Below are positions 46,300 to 55,241 of a stretch of DNA of 64,000 nt, piece after piece. The notes under the pieces were generated by a model, which did no database searches, was not told the origin of the DNA, and worked only from the letters and a program-made list of their open reading frames with translations. Made by a program: the position numbers and the translations under genes. Positions within the stretch are counted from its first letter, which is position 1. Each line of letters starts with the position of its first letter. Origin of the DNA: a bacterium (GTDB lineage Bacteria > Acidobacteriota > Thermoanaerobaculia > Multivoradales > JAHEKO01); contig JAAENP010000114.1 of the NCBI GenBank assembly GCA_024224155.1, positions 2,014 to 66,013 on the forward strand, in the 5' to 3' direction.

Positions 46300-46680
46300 T
46301 CAGGCTTTGGCGGTGTCGTCGTCGTCGTCACCGTCGAGCTTGTCGACCACGGCGTCTTTGGCATCGCCGACCTTGTCACCCACGGCGTGAGCGAGGTCAC
46401 CGGCCTTGTGCATGGCCGCACTGGCGGTCCCGACCACGGCGTCCTTGGCATCGCCGGCCTTGTCGGCGACCGCGCCCATCGCGTCTCCCGCCTTGTCCAC
46501 CGCCGAGGAACCCAGCCCGAGGGCCTCATCCTTGGCGTCGCCAGCCTTGTCCATGGCCGCCTCGGCCACATCGCCAGCCGTCTCGACGGCATCTTCGGCA
46601 ACGTCCTGAACCTTCTCGACCGCGTCGCCGGCCAGATCCTTGGCTTTGTCCCAGAGGCTCTGCTTCTCTTCTTCGCTCAT
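46300..46680 (-). CDS. Small hydrophilic repeat protein (LEA/CsbD-like stress protein candidate)
   Basis: AGGAGAAG RBS, then MSEEEKQSLWDKAKDLAGDAVEKV... It has reiterated DKAGDAKDAVV-type units (about 33-nt periodicity in the DNA) and a DGDDDDDTAKA tail. It is masked in the track by longer overlapping ORFs in other frames and strands. Confidence 0.7.
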   Translation of the reverse strand: MSEEEKQSLWDKAKDLAGDAVEKVQDVAEDAVETAGDVAEAAMDKAGDAKDEALGLGSSAVDKAGDAMGAVADKAGDAKDAVVGTASAAMHKAGDLAHAVGDKVGDAKDAVVDKLDGDDDDDTAKA

Positions 46681-46868
46681 CCATCTTCTCCTATCGAACA
46701 AAGGTTGATCGACTCATCCGAACCGGACTTATATCACGCGGTCATTCCTCACCGCGGCCAGGCAACGCTCGACTCGAGTCAACAACCGGCGTACTCTTGG
46801 CGACTACGGCATCTCCGGGCATTCGTTCTGAACGCTCGCTCTCCCGCCCGAACAAGGAGGAAGTTTCA

Positions 46869-48554
46869 ATGAAGAGAATCGGTTCTGTCTTGTCCGTCGC
46901 CGCGCTCGCGGGCGCCGTCGCCTGCGCTCCGCCCGCCGAAGAGCTCGCGTCGACCGAATCGGTCATGGCCGAGGCCGCCGGCGCCCTGGTGCAGATCACC
47001 ACCGACGCACTTCGAGCCCCGATCGCCGAGCTTGCCAGCGACAAGTACGGCGGCCGCGGTCCCGGCAGCGAGGGCGACGCGATGGCACGTCAGTACCTGA
47101 TCGCCGAGCTCGAAGAGATGGGTTACGCCCCCGGTGCCCAAGACGGCTCTTGGGAACAGCCCTTCGACATCGTCGGTGTCGACTCGTCGGCTCCCAAGAC
47201 CTGGACCTTCACCAAGGGCGGCAAGTCGATTTCCCTCGAATGGTGGGACGAGTACATCGCCTCGAGCGGCGTGCAGGAAGAAACCGCCTCGATCGACAGC
47301 GCCGAACTGGTCTTCGTTGGCTACGGCATTCAAGCGCCAGAGTACGGTTGGGACGACTTCAAGGGCACGGACGTCTCCGGCAAAGTGCTCGTGATCGTCA
47401 ACAACGATCCCGACTGGTCGGACGAGATCTTCGAGGGCGTACGCCGGCTCTACTACGGTCGCTGGACCTACAAGTACGAAAAGGCCGCCGAGCTCGGTGC
47501 GGCCGGCGCGATCATCATTCACACGACTCCTTCGGCGGGCTATCCGTTTCAGGTCGTTCAAACCTCCTGGACCGGCCCCCAGTTCGAGATTCCGGCTGCC
47601 GGCGAGCCCCGCATCCAGATCCCCGCTTGGACTTCCGAAGATGCTATGTACCGGATCTTCGAGCTCGCAGGTCTGGATCTGGACGAGCTGAGAGAGGCCG
47701 CCAAGAGCCGTGATTTCGAGCCCGTGCCGCTGGGCGTGACGACTTCGCTGTCGCTCACAAACCAAGTCCAACGGGTCCAGACCGCCAACGTCGTGGCGAC
47801 TCTCACCGGTCGGGATCCCGAGCTGGCCGAGGAGTACATCGTCTACTCAGCCCACCACGATCACATCGGAATCGGCAAAGCGAACGACGAGGGGGACGAG
47901 ATCTACAACGGAGCTCTCGACAATGCTTCCGGTTGCGCCCAGGTCCTGGCCATTGCGCGCGCTTTCGCGGCTCTGCCCGACAAGCCACGGCGCTCGATCA
48001 TGCTGACGTTCGTTGCGGCCGAAGAACAGGGCCTTCTGGGCTCAGCCTACTTCGCCAAGAACCCGCCGGTTCCCGCCGGCCGGTTGGCAGCGAACATCAA
48101 CTACGACGGCGCCAACATCTGGGGTAGGACCGCGGACGTCACCTACATCGGCTACGGCAAGTCATCGCTGGATGCCGTGGTCGAGAGGTTCGCCGCCGAG
48201 CAGGAGCGCACCGTCAAGCCCGACCAGTTTCCGGATCGTGGCTTCTTCTATCGTTCCGATCAGTTCAACTTCGCCAAGGTCGGCGTGCCCGCGATCTATC
48301 TGGACACCGGGACCGAGTTCGTTGACCGGCCGGAAGGCTGGGGCAAGGAGCAGATCGAGGCTTGGGAGGCCGTCCACTATCACCAGCCGTCGGACGAGCT
48401 CGTGGATGACTGGGACTTCGACGGCATGATCCAGGACACCGTGCTCGGATTCAACATGGGCCTGTACCTCGCCGAACAGGACGACCTGCCGACCTGGAAC
48501 ACCGGGGACGAGTTCGAAGCGGCCCGGCTGGAGACCCTGGCGGCGCTCGACTGA
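46869..48554 (+). CDS. M28 family metallopeptidase lipoprotein with a PA domain
   Basis: GGAGGAAG RBS. MKRIGSVLSVAALAGAVAC lipobox. HHDHIGIG, NGALDNASGCAQVLAIARAF and FVAAEEQGLLGSAYFA motifs. The track start at 46260 is an antisense-repeat artefact. Confidence 0.88.
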   Translation: MKRIGSVLSVAALAGAVACAPPAEELASTESVMAEAAGALVQITTDALRAPIAELASDKYGGRGPGSEGDAMARQYLIAELEEMGYAPGAQDGSWEQPFDIVGVDSSAPKTWTFTKGGKSISLEWWDEYIASSGVQEETASIDSAELVFVGYGIQAPEYGWDDFKGTDVSGKVLVIVNNDPDWSDEIFEGVRRLYYGRWTYKYEKAAELGAAGAIIIHTTPSAGYPFQVVQTSWTGPQFEIPAAGEPRIQIPAWTSEDAMYRIFELAGLDLDELREAAKSRDFEPVPLGVTTSLSLTNQVQRVQTANVVATLTGRDPELAEEYIVYSAHHDHIGIGKANDEGDEIYNGALDNASGCAQVLAIARAFAALPDKPRRSIMLTFVAAEEQGLLGSAYFAKNPPVPAGRLAANINYDGANIWGRTADVTYIGYGKSSLDAVVERFAAEQERTVKPDQFPDRGFFYRSDQFNFAKVGVPAIYLDTGTEFVDRPEGWGKEQIEAWEAVHYHQPSDELVDDWDFDGMIQDTVLGFNMGLYLAEQDDLPTWNTGDEFEAARLETLAALD

Positions 48555-48583
48555 GGCCCCGGCAAGGCTTTAGGCGGTAGGTA

Positions 48584-48617
48584 CCCCTCTCTCGGGGTGT
48601 CACCCCCCGGAGAGGGG
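48584..48617. terminator. Strong GC hairpin between convergent M28 and xthA genes (putative terminator, no clear U-tract)
   Basis: CCCCTCTCTCGGGG-TGTCAC-CCCCGGAGAGGGG, about 13 pairs including one wobble and one mismatch. Confidence 0.45.
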
Positions 48618-48651
48618 GATGTATCGAGCAAATAAAGAGCGAGCGTTCGAT

Positions 48652-49425
48652 TTATATATCGAGGTCCGCCCAGACAGGAGCATGATCGGATGGCGTCAGG
48701 CCCTCTTGTTTCTTGCGAAACTCTCGGTCTATCTCGACCTCGCGCACCTCAGACGCTCCCGGGCTCGCCAGGAGAAAGTCGATCCGGAGCCCCTGGTTCT
48801 TGTGAAAAGAGCCGGCGCGGTAGTCCCACCAGGAGAATGCCTGGCGCTCGGGGTGCTCTCGCCGGTAAAGGTCGACAAAACCGAGATCGAGCAAGGCCTG
48901 GAAACTCCGCCGCTCTTCTCGGGTGTGAAAGATCTTGCCGGCTTTGCCGGCTTCGTTGTAGCTGTCGATTCCCTGCGGGCAGATATTGAAGTCGCCACAG
49001 ACGATGGCCGGCAGGGCGGTTATCGAGCTCACCTCGAGGTGGTCGGCCAGAGATTCGAGCCAGGCCAGTTTGCGGCGAAAATCCTCGTGATCGACGCTCT
49101 TGCCGTTCGGGCAGTAGAGGCTGGTGAAGCTCAAAGAGCCGACCTTGGCCGTCAGCAGCCTGGAGCCGAACTCCTCTTGACCGGATAGTCCTTTCTGCAC
49201 CAACTCCGGCTTCGTCCGCGCCAGTACGGCAACCCCGTTCCACGCTTTCTGACCGTGAACGGCGGCAAAATATCCTTCGGACTCGAGCGCGTCGTGCGGG
49301 AACTTGTCGTCCTCCAGTTTGAGCTCTTGGAGGGCGACCGCGTCGGGCTGGCGCTCTCTGAGCCAGAGCTTGACGAAATCCAGGCGCGAGCGCAGGCCGT
49401 TGACGTTCCAGGTGGCGACCCGCAT
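48652..49425 (-). CDS. xthA: Exodeoxyribonuclease III
   Basis: MRVATWNVNGLRSRL...PDAVALQELK...SDHAPVWADL, 257 aa. Confidence 0.93.
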   Translation of the reverse strand: MRVATWNVNGLRSRLDFVKLWLRERQPDAVALQELKLEDDKFPHDALESEGYFAAVHGQKAWNGVAVLARTKPELVQKGLSGQEEFGSRLLTAKVGSLSFTSLYCPNGKSVDHEDFRRKLAWLESLADHLEVSSITALPAIVCGDFNICPQGIDSYNEAGKAGKIFHTREERRSFQALLDLGFVDLYRREHPERQAFSWWDYRAGSFHKNQGLRIDFLLASPGASEVREVEIDREFRKKQEGLTPSDHAPVWADLDI

Positions 49426-49516
49426 GCAGCCATCCTAGCAATCGATACCGTACGTCCAGAGAAGGGTCAACCGAGGCCGAGACCGGCTCTTCGTTTCAGA
49501 ACGCGCTGAGGCTAAA

Positions 49517-49686
49517 ACGATCGGCAAGCAGCCGGCCAGGGGGCTCGCCGCAAGCGTCCGAAAGGACGACTCGGAGACCGCAGAGGCTTGCGCGTAGCGG
49601 CGCGCAGCCGAGGGCCTAACGCCAGCAGGCCGAGAAGCCCGCGGCGTCCCCTGGCCGGCTGCTTACGGATCGGCGCCGAGGCGCGG
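49517..49686 (+). repeat. MITE-like intergenic repeat family A, copy 3 (best-preserved terminal inverted repeats)
   Basis: GATCGGCAAGCAGCCGGCCAGGGG (49519-49542) pairs with CCCCTGGCCGGCTGCTTACGGATC (49648-49671) at 22 of 24 positions. The internal hairpin GGCTTGCGCGTAGCGGCGCGCAGCC is conserved in all copies. Confidence 0.85.
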
Positions 49687-49796
49687 GCCGTCGCCAAGGC
49701 GGTCGAAACGGAGCTCGAGCGTTTGCCTGCAACAACTGCAATGCCACGCTTCGCGAATCCGTTACAGTTCTTGGCGCGCGATCAGAGTCCACGACC

Positions 49797-52070
49797 ATGC
49801 GAGCCCCAACCGACAAGCAAACCAATCTGGTCCTCGTCGGTGGTGGTCATTCGCACGTCCAGGTGCTCGAAGGCTTCGCCATGGAGCCGCCTCCGAACAC
49901 GCGGATCACGCTGATTGTCGACCGGCCGGTGGCAATGTACTCGGGCATGGTCCCGGGGTTCGTCGCGGGCCAGTACAAACAGGAAGAGCTCGAGATCGAC
50001 GTGCTGCCGCTCGCTCGTCGAATTGGTGCGCGAGTCATCATCGCGCGCGCCATCAGAATAGAGGCCGAGGAGAAACGAGTTGTTCTCCAGGGTCGGCCAC
50101 CGGTACCGTTCGAGCTCGCGTCGATCAACATCGGCTCCACCGTTGCCGGCCTCTCGACCCCCGGCGTGCGAGAGCACGCCATCCCGACCCGGCCGATCAC
50201 CGGGTTCGTTTCGAGGCTCGACTCCCTGTTCGACGAGTTCCGTGCAAGCAATGCCACCGAGTGTGTGCGCATTGTGGTTGCAGGCGCCGGCGCCGGCGGC
50301 GTCGAAGTGGCTTTCGCGCTCGACCACCGCCTGCGAGAACTGGGGCGCAAGGTCGACGTCACCGTCATCGAGTCCGGACCCGAGATCCTGGCGGGCTACT
50401 CGGCCGGCATGCGTCGCCGAGCCGAACGCGCCGCAGGCCAGAGAGACATCAAGATCGTGGCCGGCCAACGCATCGATCGCGTCGAGGCCGACCGCGTCTT
50501 CCTGAAGCAAGCCGGCGCAAGCTCCAAATCCGAGCAGCCGTTCGATCTCCTGCTCTGGGTGACGGGCGCGGTCAGCCATCCGTTGTTTCGCGACTCGAAC
50601 CTGCCCACCGACGAGCGCGGTTTCGTCAAGATCCGCTCGACCCTTCAACTCGAGGATCACGACCACATCTTTGCCGTCGGCGATTGCTCGACCCTGACTC
50701 GATATCCCCGGACGCCCAAGGCGGGCGTCTACGCGGTTCGCCAAGGTCCGGTGCTGACCACGAATCTCCGCCGCCTGCTCGCGGGCGAAGCCCTGCTCGA
50801 CAGATACAGGCCACAGCACGACTTTCTGACCCTGATCAACACCGGAGACGGCGGCGCGATCGGCGGCAAGTGGTTTCTTTCCTTCGAAGGTGAATGGGTG
50901 TTCAGGCTCAAGGACCGAATCGACCGGAAGTTCATGTACCGCTTTCAGCCTCTCGACCACCCCGGGAACGAGACGGCCTTCGACTCCGCGGGCATGAACG
51001 CTGGCACGCTCGAGGACGGTGACTCGGAAGTACTCTGCGGCGGTTGCGCCGCCAAGCTCGGCCAGCTCGCCCTGGAGCGTGCCCTGTCGCGGCTGCCACC
51101 GGGAAGCGAGGACAGCTCGGTAGAGCTGGGTATGGCCGGCGCCGACGACGCCGCTTGTTACTCGGCTCCCGGAGGGCAACGCATCGTCTCGAGCGTCGAT
51201 CAGTTCCGATCCTTCACCGACGATGCGTATCTGGTCGGCAGGGTCGCCGCGATCAACGCCGCCTCCGATCTCTTGGCCAAGGGCATCGAGCCTCGATTCG
51301 CACAGGCACTCGTGGCGCTTCCCGAGCGCGATTCCGGCCCGGAGCAAGAGGAGACCCTGTTCCAGCTCCTAGCCGGAGCGCAGGCGGCCTTCGATGAGAT
51401 CGGCGTCACCCTGCTCGGCGGTCACACGATGACCGCCGCCCAGCTTCAGCTCGGCTTTCACCTCGAAGGTTTCGCCGACAACGACCAGCGGCTGCTCGTG
51501 CAAGCCCGGCTCGAGGCCGGACAGCGGTTGATCCTCTCGAAGGCCCTGGGTACCGGAGTGCTCATGCGGGCCGACATGCGCGGCGAGCTTAGAGGTCCCT
51601 GGTTCGAGCAGGCGCTCGCCTCCATGTTGCGGCTGAACCGCGACGCCGTCGCGGTAGCCCGCCGATTCGGCGCTCGCGCCGCGACCGACGTCACCGGCTT
51701 CGGTCTGGCGGGTCACTTGGCGGGCATGCTCCGCGCCGCCGATCTCGCCGCCACCATCGACGTGCGCTCCCTGCCGGCACTTCCCGGCAGCCTCGAGCTC
51801 CTCGAGACCGGCCTGCGCAGCACCTTCCACGAGGACAATGCCAAAGCCGCCCGCGGCATGCAGATCGAGCCGGAAGCCCGCCGACATCCACACTTTCCCC
51901 TGCTCTTCGATCCCCAAACCTCGGGCGGCTTGCTCTTCGGCGTCCCTGCCGACCGCGCCGAAGCGGCTCTCGACGAGCTCCTGGCGTCGGGCCACACGGC
52001 GGCCATCATCGGCACGACCGGCAAGGCCGAGGCCATCCACCGGATCCGTATCTCGACCTCCTTAGACTAG
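49797..52070 (+). CDS. selD: FAD-dependent pyridine nucleotide-disulfide oxidoreductase (NDH-2-like) fused to selenide, water dikinase (SelD)
   Basis: N-terminal LVLVGGGHSH and VVAGAGAGGVEVAF Rossmann motifs. From about residue 400: VLCGGCAAKLGQ (Cys-type SelD active-site loop), DDAACY, LLGGHTM, DVTGFGLAGHL and DPQTSGGLL (AIR-synthase-like SelD fold). Confidence 0.85.
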   Translation: MRAPTDKQTNLVLVGGGHSHVQVLEGFAMEPPPNTRITLIVDRPVAMYSGMVPGFVAGQYKQEELEIDVLPLARRIGARVIIARAIRIEAEEKRVVLQGRPPVPFELASINIGSTVAGLSTPGVREHAIPTRPITGFVSRLDSLFDEFRASNATECVRIVVAGAGAGGVEVAFALDHRLRELGRKVDVTVIESGPEILAGYSAGMRRRAERAAGQRDIKIVAGQRIDRVEADRVFLKQAGASSKSEQPFDLLLWVTGAVSHPLFRDSNLPTDERGFVKIRSTLQLEDHDHIFAVGDCSTLTRYPRTPKAGVYAVRQGPVLTTNLRRLLAGEALLDRYRPQHDFLTLINTGDGGAIGGKWFLSFEGEWVFRLKDRIDRKFMYRFQPLDHPGNETAFDSAGMNAGTLEDGDSEVLCGGCAAKLGQLALERALSRLPPGSEDSSVELGMAGADDAACYSAPGGQRIVSSVDQFRSFTDDAYLVGRVAAINAASDLLAKGIEPRFAQALVALPERDSGPEQEETLFQLLAGAQAAFDEIGVTLLGGHTMTAAQLQLGFHLEGFADNDQRLLVQARLEAGQRLILSKALGTGVLMRADMRGELRGPWFEQALASMLRLNRDAVAVARRFGARAATDVTGFGLAGHLAGMLRAADLAATIDVRSLPALPGSLELLETGLRSTFHEDNAKAARGMQIEPEARRHPHFPLLFDPQTSGGLLFGVPADRAEAALDELLASGHTAAIIGTTGKAEAIHRIRISTSLD

Positions 52071-53935
52071 CGAGCGCGGGGAGTGATCGCGGTCTCTTTC
52101 CTCTCGCCGTCACGCAGGTAGACGACTTTGAGCGGCTCGCCGACCTTGACCGCGTCCAGAGCGTAGGTGTAGTCGTAGACATTCGAGATCTCCTGGCCGC
52201 CGAACTCGATGATGACATCGCCGCCCTCGAGGCCGGCCTCGTCGGCCGGGCCACCCTCGATGACGCCCGAAAGCATGAGTCCGTCGACCTCGGTGCCGTA
52301 ATCGGGAATCGTGCCGGTGAAGGCACGGACGCCATCGCGGCCGCCGCCCTCTTCGACCCTGCGCTCGACCTTGACGAACTCCGGCGGCTTCTCCATCCGG
52401 CTCACGCGGGTCGTAACCAGGGCCCCCAGATGAGCGATTCGCTCCAGATCCTCGTAGTTGATCTTGTCAGCGGTGTCGGAAGGCCTGTGATAGTCCTCGT
52501 GACTGCCGGCAAAGAAATTCAGCGTCGGCACCGAAGCCACGTTGAAGGACGAACTGTCGGTCGGCAGATAGGGATCCTCCTGGAGACTGAGATCGAACCC
52601 GACCGGCACGTTGGACTTCTCGATTAGACCCGACCACTCGGGGCTCGAGCCGACGGCCTGAAGTGACAGCTTGTTGTCTTTCGAGCGCCCGACCATGTCG
52701 AAGTTGATATAGGCGGCGATATCTTCGGGGTCGAGCACCTTCTCCTTGACGAAGTCGGCCGAGCCTAGAATCCCGATCTCCTCGCCGGACCAAAAGGCGA
52801 GCACGATCCGGCGCCCCCCGGCCTTCCCCGCCAGTCTGCCGGCCGCAGCCAGGGCTGCGGCCACACCCGAGGCGTTGTCGTCGGCGCCGTAGTGAATGCC
52901 GTCCGCTTCCTCCTTGTCGGCGAGCGAACCCGCGGTGCGGCCCTTGCCGAGGTGGTCGAAGTGAGCCCCGACCACCACGTAGGGCTTTTCGAAGCCGGCC
53001 TCGGAACCGTCAGAGCCGTTGGAGCCCGACGTCGGCGCGCCCGGCAACAAGCCGACGACGTTGCGACCGATCTTCCGCTCTCGCTTGACGCTGGCCTTGA
53101 CGGTCAGCTCCAGGCCTTCGAGATTGAACCCGGTGACGTGCGGATTGGCGTCGTCGAACGATTTCTGGATCTGCTCCAGGGTCTTGTTGGAGCCGTACGA
53201 GATCAAGCGCTCGGCGATCTCGCCGTTGACGCTCACCGCCAACAGACCCGAGTCGGTCGCCGCGTCGAAAGCCATCGGCACGACCTCGCCGGCATTCGGG
53301 GATCGCGGGCCCGTGAGCACCACCATGGCCTTCGCGCCACGCTCGCGCGCCTGGAGGGCCTTGTAGCGCAGTCCCGAGAACCGCGACAAGCGACCGCGGG
53401 TCTCGTCCTCGGCGTCTTCGGGGAAGTAGCGCAAGGCCACCACGATCTTGCCTTCGACGTCGATTCCGGCATAGCTGTCATAGGAGAACTCGCCGTCGTC
53501 GGGAACCACCATGCCGTAGCCTGCAAAAACAGCCGGCGCCGTTACCGATCCGTCTTCACTGAAGGAGAGTGCCTGCACCAAGCCGGTTCCGGCAAAGCTC
53601 TCGTCCTTGCCGCTGTTCTTCTCCGGCCCGGCGACCACCGACACCGATGACCCGGTGTCGCTGGTGCCCGCGGTGAACTCGAACTCGATCTCAAAACCGT
53701 CCTGACCGGGAAGCGGCGAGGCGCCGAGAGCGTCGAGCTGCTCGGCCAGGTAGTCGGCGGTAGCCTTTGCTCCCTCGCTTCCGGTCATGCGTCCTTGCCA
53801 GGGGTCCGACGCCAGGGTCTCGACATGGTTACGGAGATCCGATTGGGCACCCGAGAGATGGTCCGGCAACGCCAGGATCAGCGCCAGGGTCAGGAGAGCT
53901 TTAACCGCGAGTGTTTGCGTACTTTGCGTGAGCAT
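52067..53935 (-). CDS. Exported M28 family metallopeptidase with a PA domain and a C-terminal PDZ domain
   Basis: An internal Met at 53935 gives the signal peptide MLTQSTQTLAVKALLTLALILALP. GAHFDHLG, DDNASGVAAALAAA and FWSGEEIGILGS motifs. C-terminal PDZ GVIEGGPADEAGLEGGDVIIEFGG. Confidence 0.85.
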   Translation of the reverse strand: MLTQSTQTLAVKALLTLALILALPDHLSGAQSDLRNHVETLASDPWQGRMTGSEGAKATADYLAEQLDALGASPLPGQDGFEIEFEFTAGTSDTGSSVSVVAGPEKNSGKDESFAGTGLVQALSFSEDGSVTAPAVFAGYGMVVPDDGEFSYDSYAGIDVEGKIVVALRYFPEDAEDETRGRLSRFSGLRYKALQARERGAKAMVVLTGPRSPNAGEVVPMAFDAATDSGLLAVSVNGEIAERLISYGSNKTLEQIQKSFDDANPHVTGFNLEGLELTVKASVKRERKIGRNVVGLLPGAPTSGSNGSDGSEAGFEKPYVVVGAHFDHLGKGRTAGSLADKEEADGIHYGADDNASGVAAALAAAGRLAGKAGGRRIVLAFWSGEEIGILGSADFVKEKVLDPEDIAAYINFDMVGRSKDNKLSLQAVGSSPEWSGLIEKSNVPVGFDLSLQEDPYLPTDSSSFNVASVPTLNFFAGSHEDYHRPSDTADKINYEDLERIAHLGALVTTRVSRMEKPPEFVKVERRVEEGGGRDGVRAFTGTIPDYGTEVDGLMLSGVIEGGPADEAGLEGGDVIIEFGGQEISNVYDYTYALDAVKVGEPLKVVYLRDGERKETAITPRAR

Positions 53936-54021
53936 GGGTGAGTCCTCGTTCCTGCTGGCCCGGTTCACGTCACTCGGTGGCGGGACGGCCACACGCGCCG
54001 ACCTCCGAAGCCGGTTTCGTC

Positions 54022-55137
54022 TCACTGAGCGACCGAGCGTAGCGGGCTCTCGGCCAACGCTTCGAGAGCCGCCTGATGGTTCCACTCCGCCATGAAGAGC
54101 TGGCCGCCTTCGCCCTGGTGGCGGCTCGAGGTCCACAACAATCGCTTGCCGTCGGGCGTCGGCACCGGCAGGCCGTCAAAGCCATCGGTAGAGGTGATCT
54201 GCACCGGTTCCCGAAGTCCCTCCACGTCCACCATGTAGATCTCGAAGTTCGAGAACCCCAGCTTGTTCGATGCGAACAGAATGTACCCGCCCGAGGGGTG
54301 CACATAGGGAGCCCAGCTCATGGCACCAAAGTCGGTAATCCGGCGTGCATCGGACCCGTCGGCCGCGGCCGTCCAGATGTCCGCGGTCAGCCCTTCCCGA
54401 TCGAACCGCCGCCAGACAATGCGCTTGCCGTCCGGGAAAAAGAATGGCCCCCCGTCGTAGCCCTCGGCGTCGGTCAAGCGTTCGAGATCGCTGCCGTCGG
54501 AACGCATGCGATAGAGCTCTCCGAAGAAGGACGGCTTGATCTCGAGCGCTTTGGCCTCTTCGGGCGAGAGCTCGCGGCTGTAGGCGTCACGAGTCGAGGA
54601 GAAAACGATCCACTCTCCGTCGGGCGAGTAGCTGGCCTCGGCGTCGTAGCCGCGAGCGTTCGTCAAGCGCCGATACTCGCCGCTCTCGCTCTCTCGCACC
54701 CAGATCTCCATTTCGGGGTCGTAGTCCCAGGCGTAGCGACGCTCCTTGCCGGCGGCGCGGAGCTCCAGCTCCTCTTTCTGCAGGCGCAGGGACTCAGGGG
54801 CGTGGTGAGTCGAGCCGAAGAGCACGTCGTTCGAGCCCGGCCGCAGAAAGGCGCAGGTCGTCTTGCCGTGGCCCGGCGAAACCAGCTCGGTGTCTCCGGT
54901 CTCGAGGTCCATCAGAAAGATCTGGTAGAACGGATTCTCGGGATCGCGCTCGCTCTGAAACACGATCTTCGTCCCGTCGGGTGAAAAGTAGCCTTCGCCG
55001 GCGCGTCGGCCTTCGAAGGTCAAGCGTCGAACACGGGTCAGAAAGCGGGCTTCGTCGGTGTCGCCAGCGGCCGGGCTCGGTCCGAGAGCGCAGATTGTAA
55101 GTGCAAAAACGGCGAGAACTGTCGCTAGCTTCTTCAT
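54022..55137 (-). CDS. Exported TolB-like (PD40/WD40-like) beta-propeller protein
   Basis: Signal peptide MKKLATVLAVFALTICALG. Repeated FSPDG..IVF / YSPDGEWIVFSS / FFPDGKRIVW blades. Confidence 0.8.
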   Translation of the reverse strand: MKKLATVLAVFALTICALGPSPAAGDTDEARFLTRVRRLTFEGRRAGEGYFSPDGTKIVFQSERDPENPFYQIFLMDLETGDTELVSPGHGKTTCAFLRPGSNDVLFGSTHHAPESLRLQKEELELRAAGKERRYAWDYDPEMEIWVRESESGEYRRLTNARGYDAEASYSPDGEWIVFSSTRDAYSRELSPEEAKALEIKPSFFGELYRMRSDGSDLERLTDAEGYDGGPFFFPDGKRIVWRRFDREGLTADIWTAAADGSDARRITDFGAMSWAPYVHPSGGYILFASNKLGFSNFEIYMVDVEGLREPVQITSTDGFDGLPVPTPDGKRLLWTSSRHQGEGGQLFMAEWNHQAALEALAESPLRSVAQ

Positions 55138-55241
55138 GGGGCGCCAATCCTAGCTGAACGTCGACATCAACCGCACACTTTCCGGGCCAGGACCGTCGAG
55201 CCGGCGTCTGGGCCGGGCTCTATCGGCGAAAAGGGCCGCTA

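Noticed and set aside
49426-49796. tRNA-Sec (selC) or another tRNA next to selD or in the other long spacers
   Set aside because: No cloverleaf with a T-loop GTTCRANYC box and UCA anticodon could be traced. The sequence is accounted for by the family A repeat.
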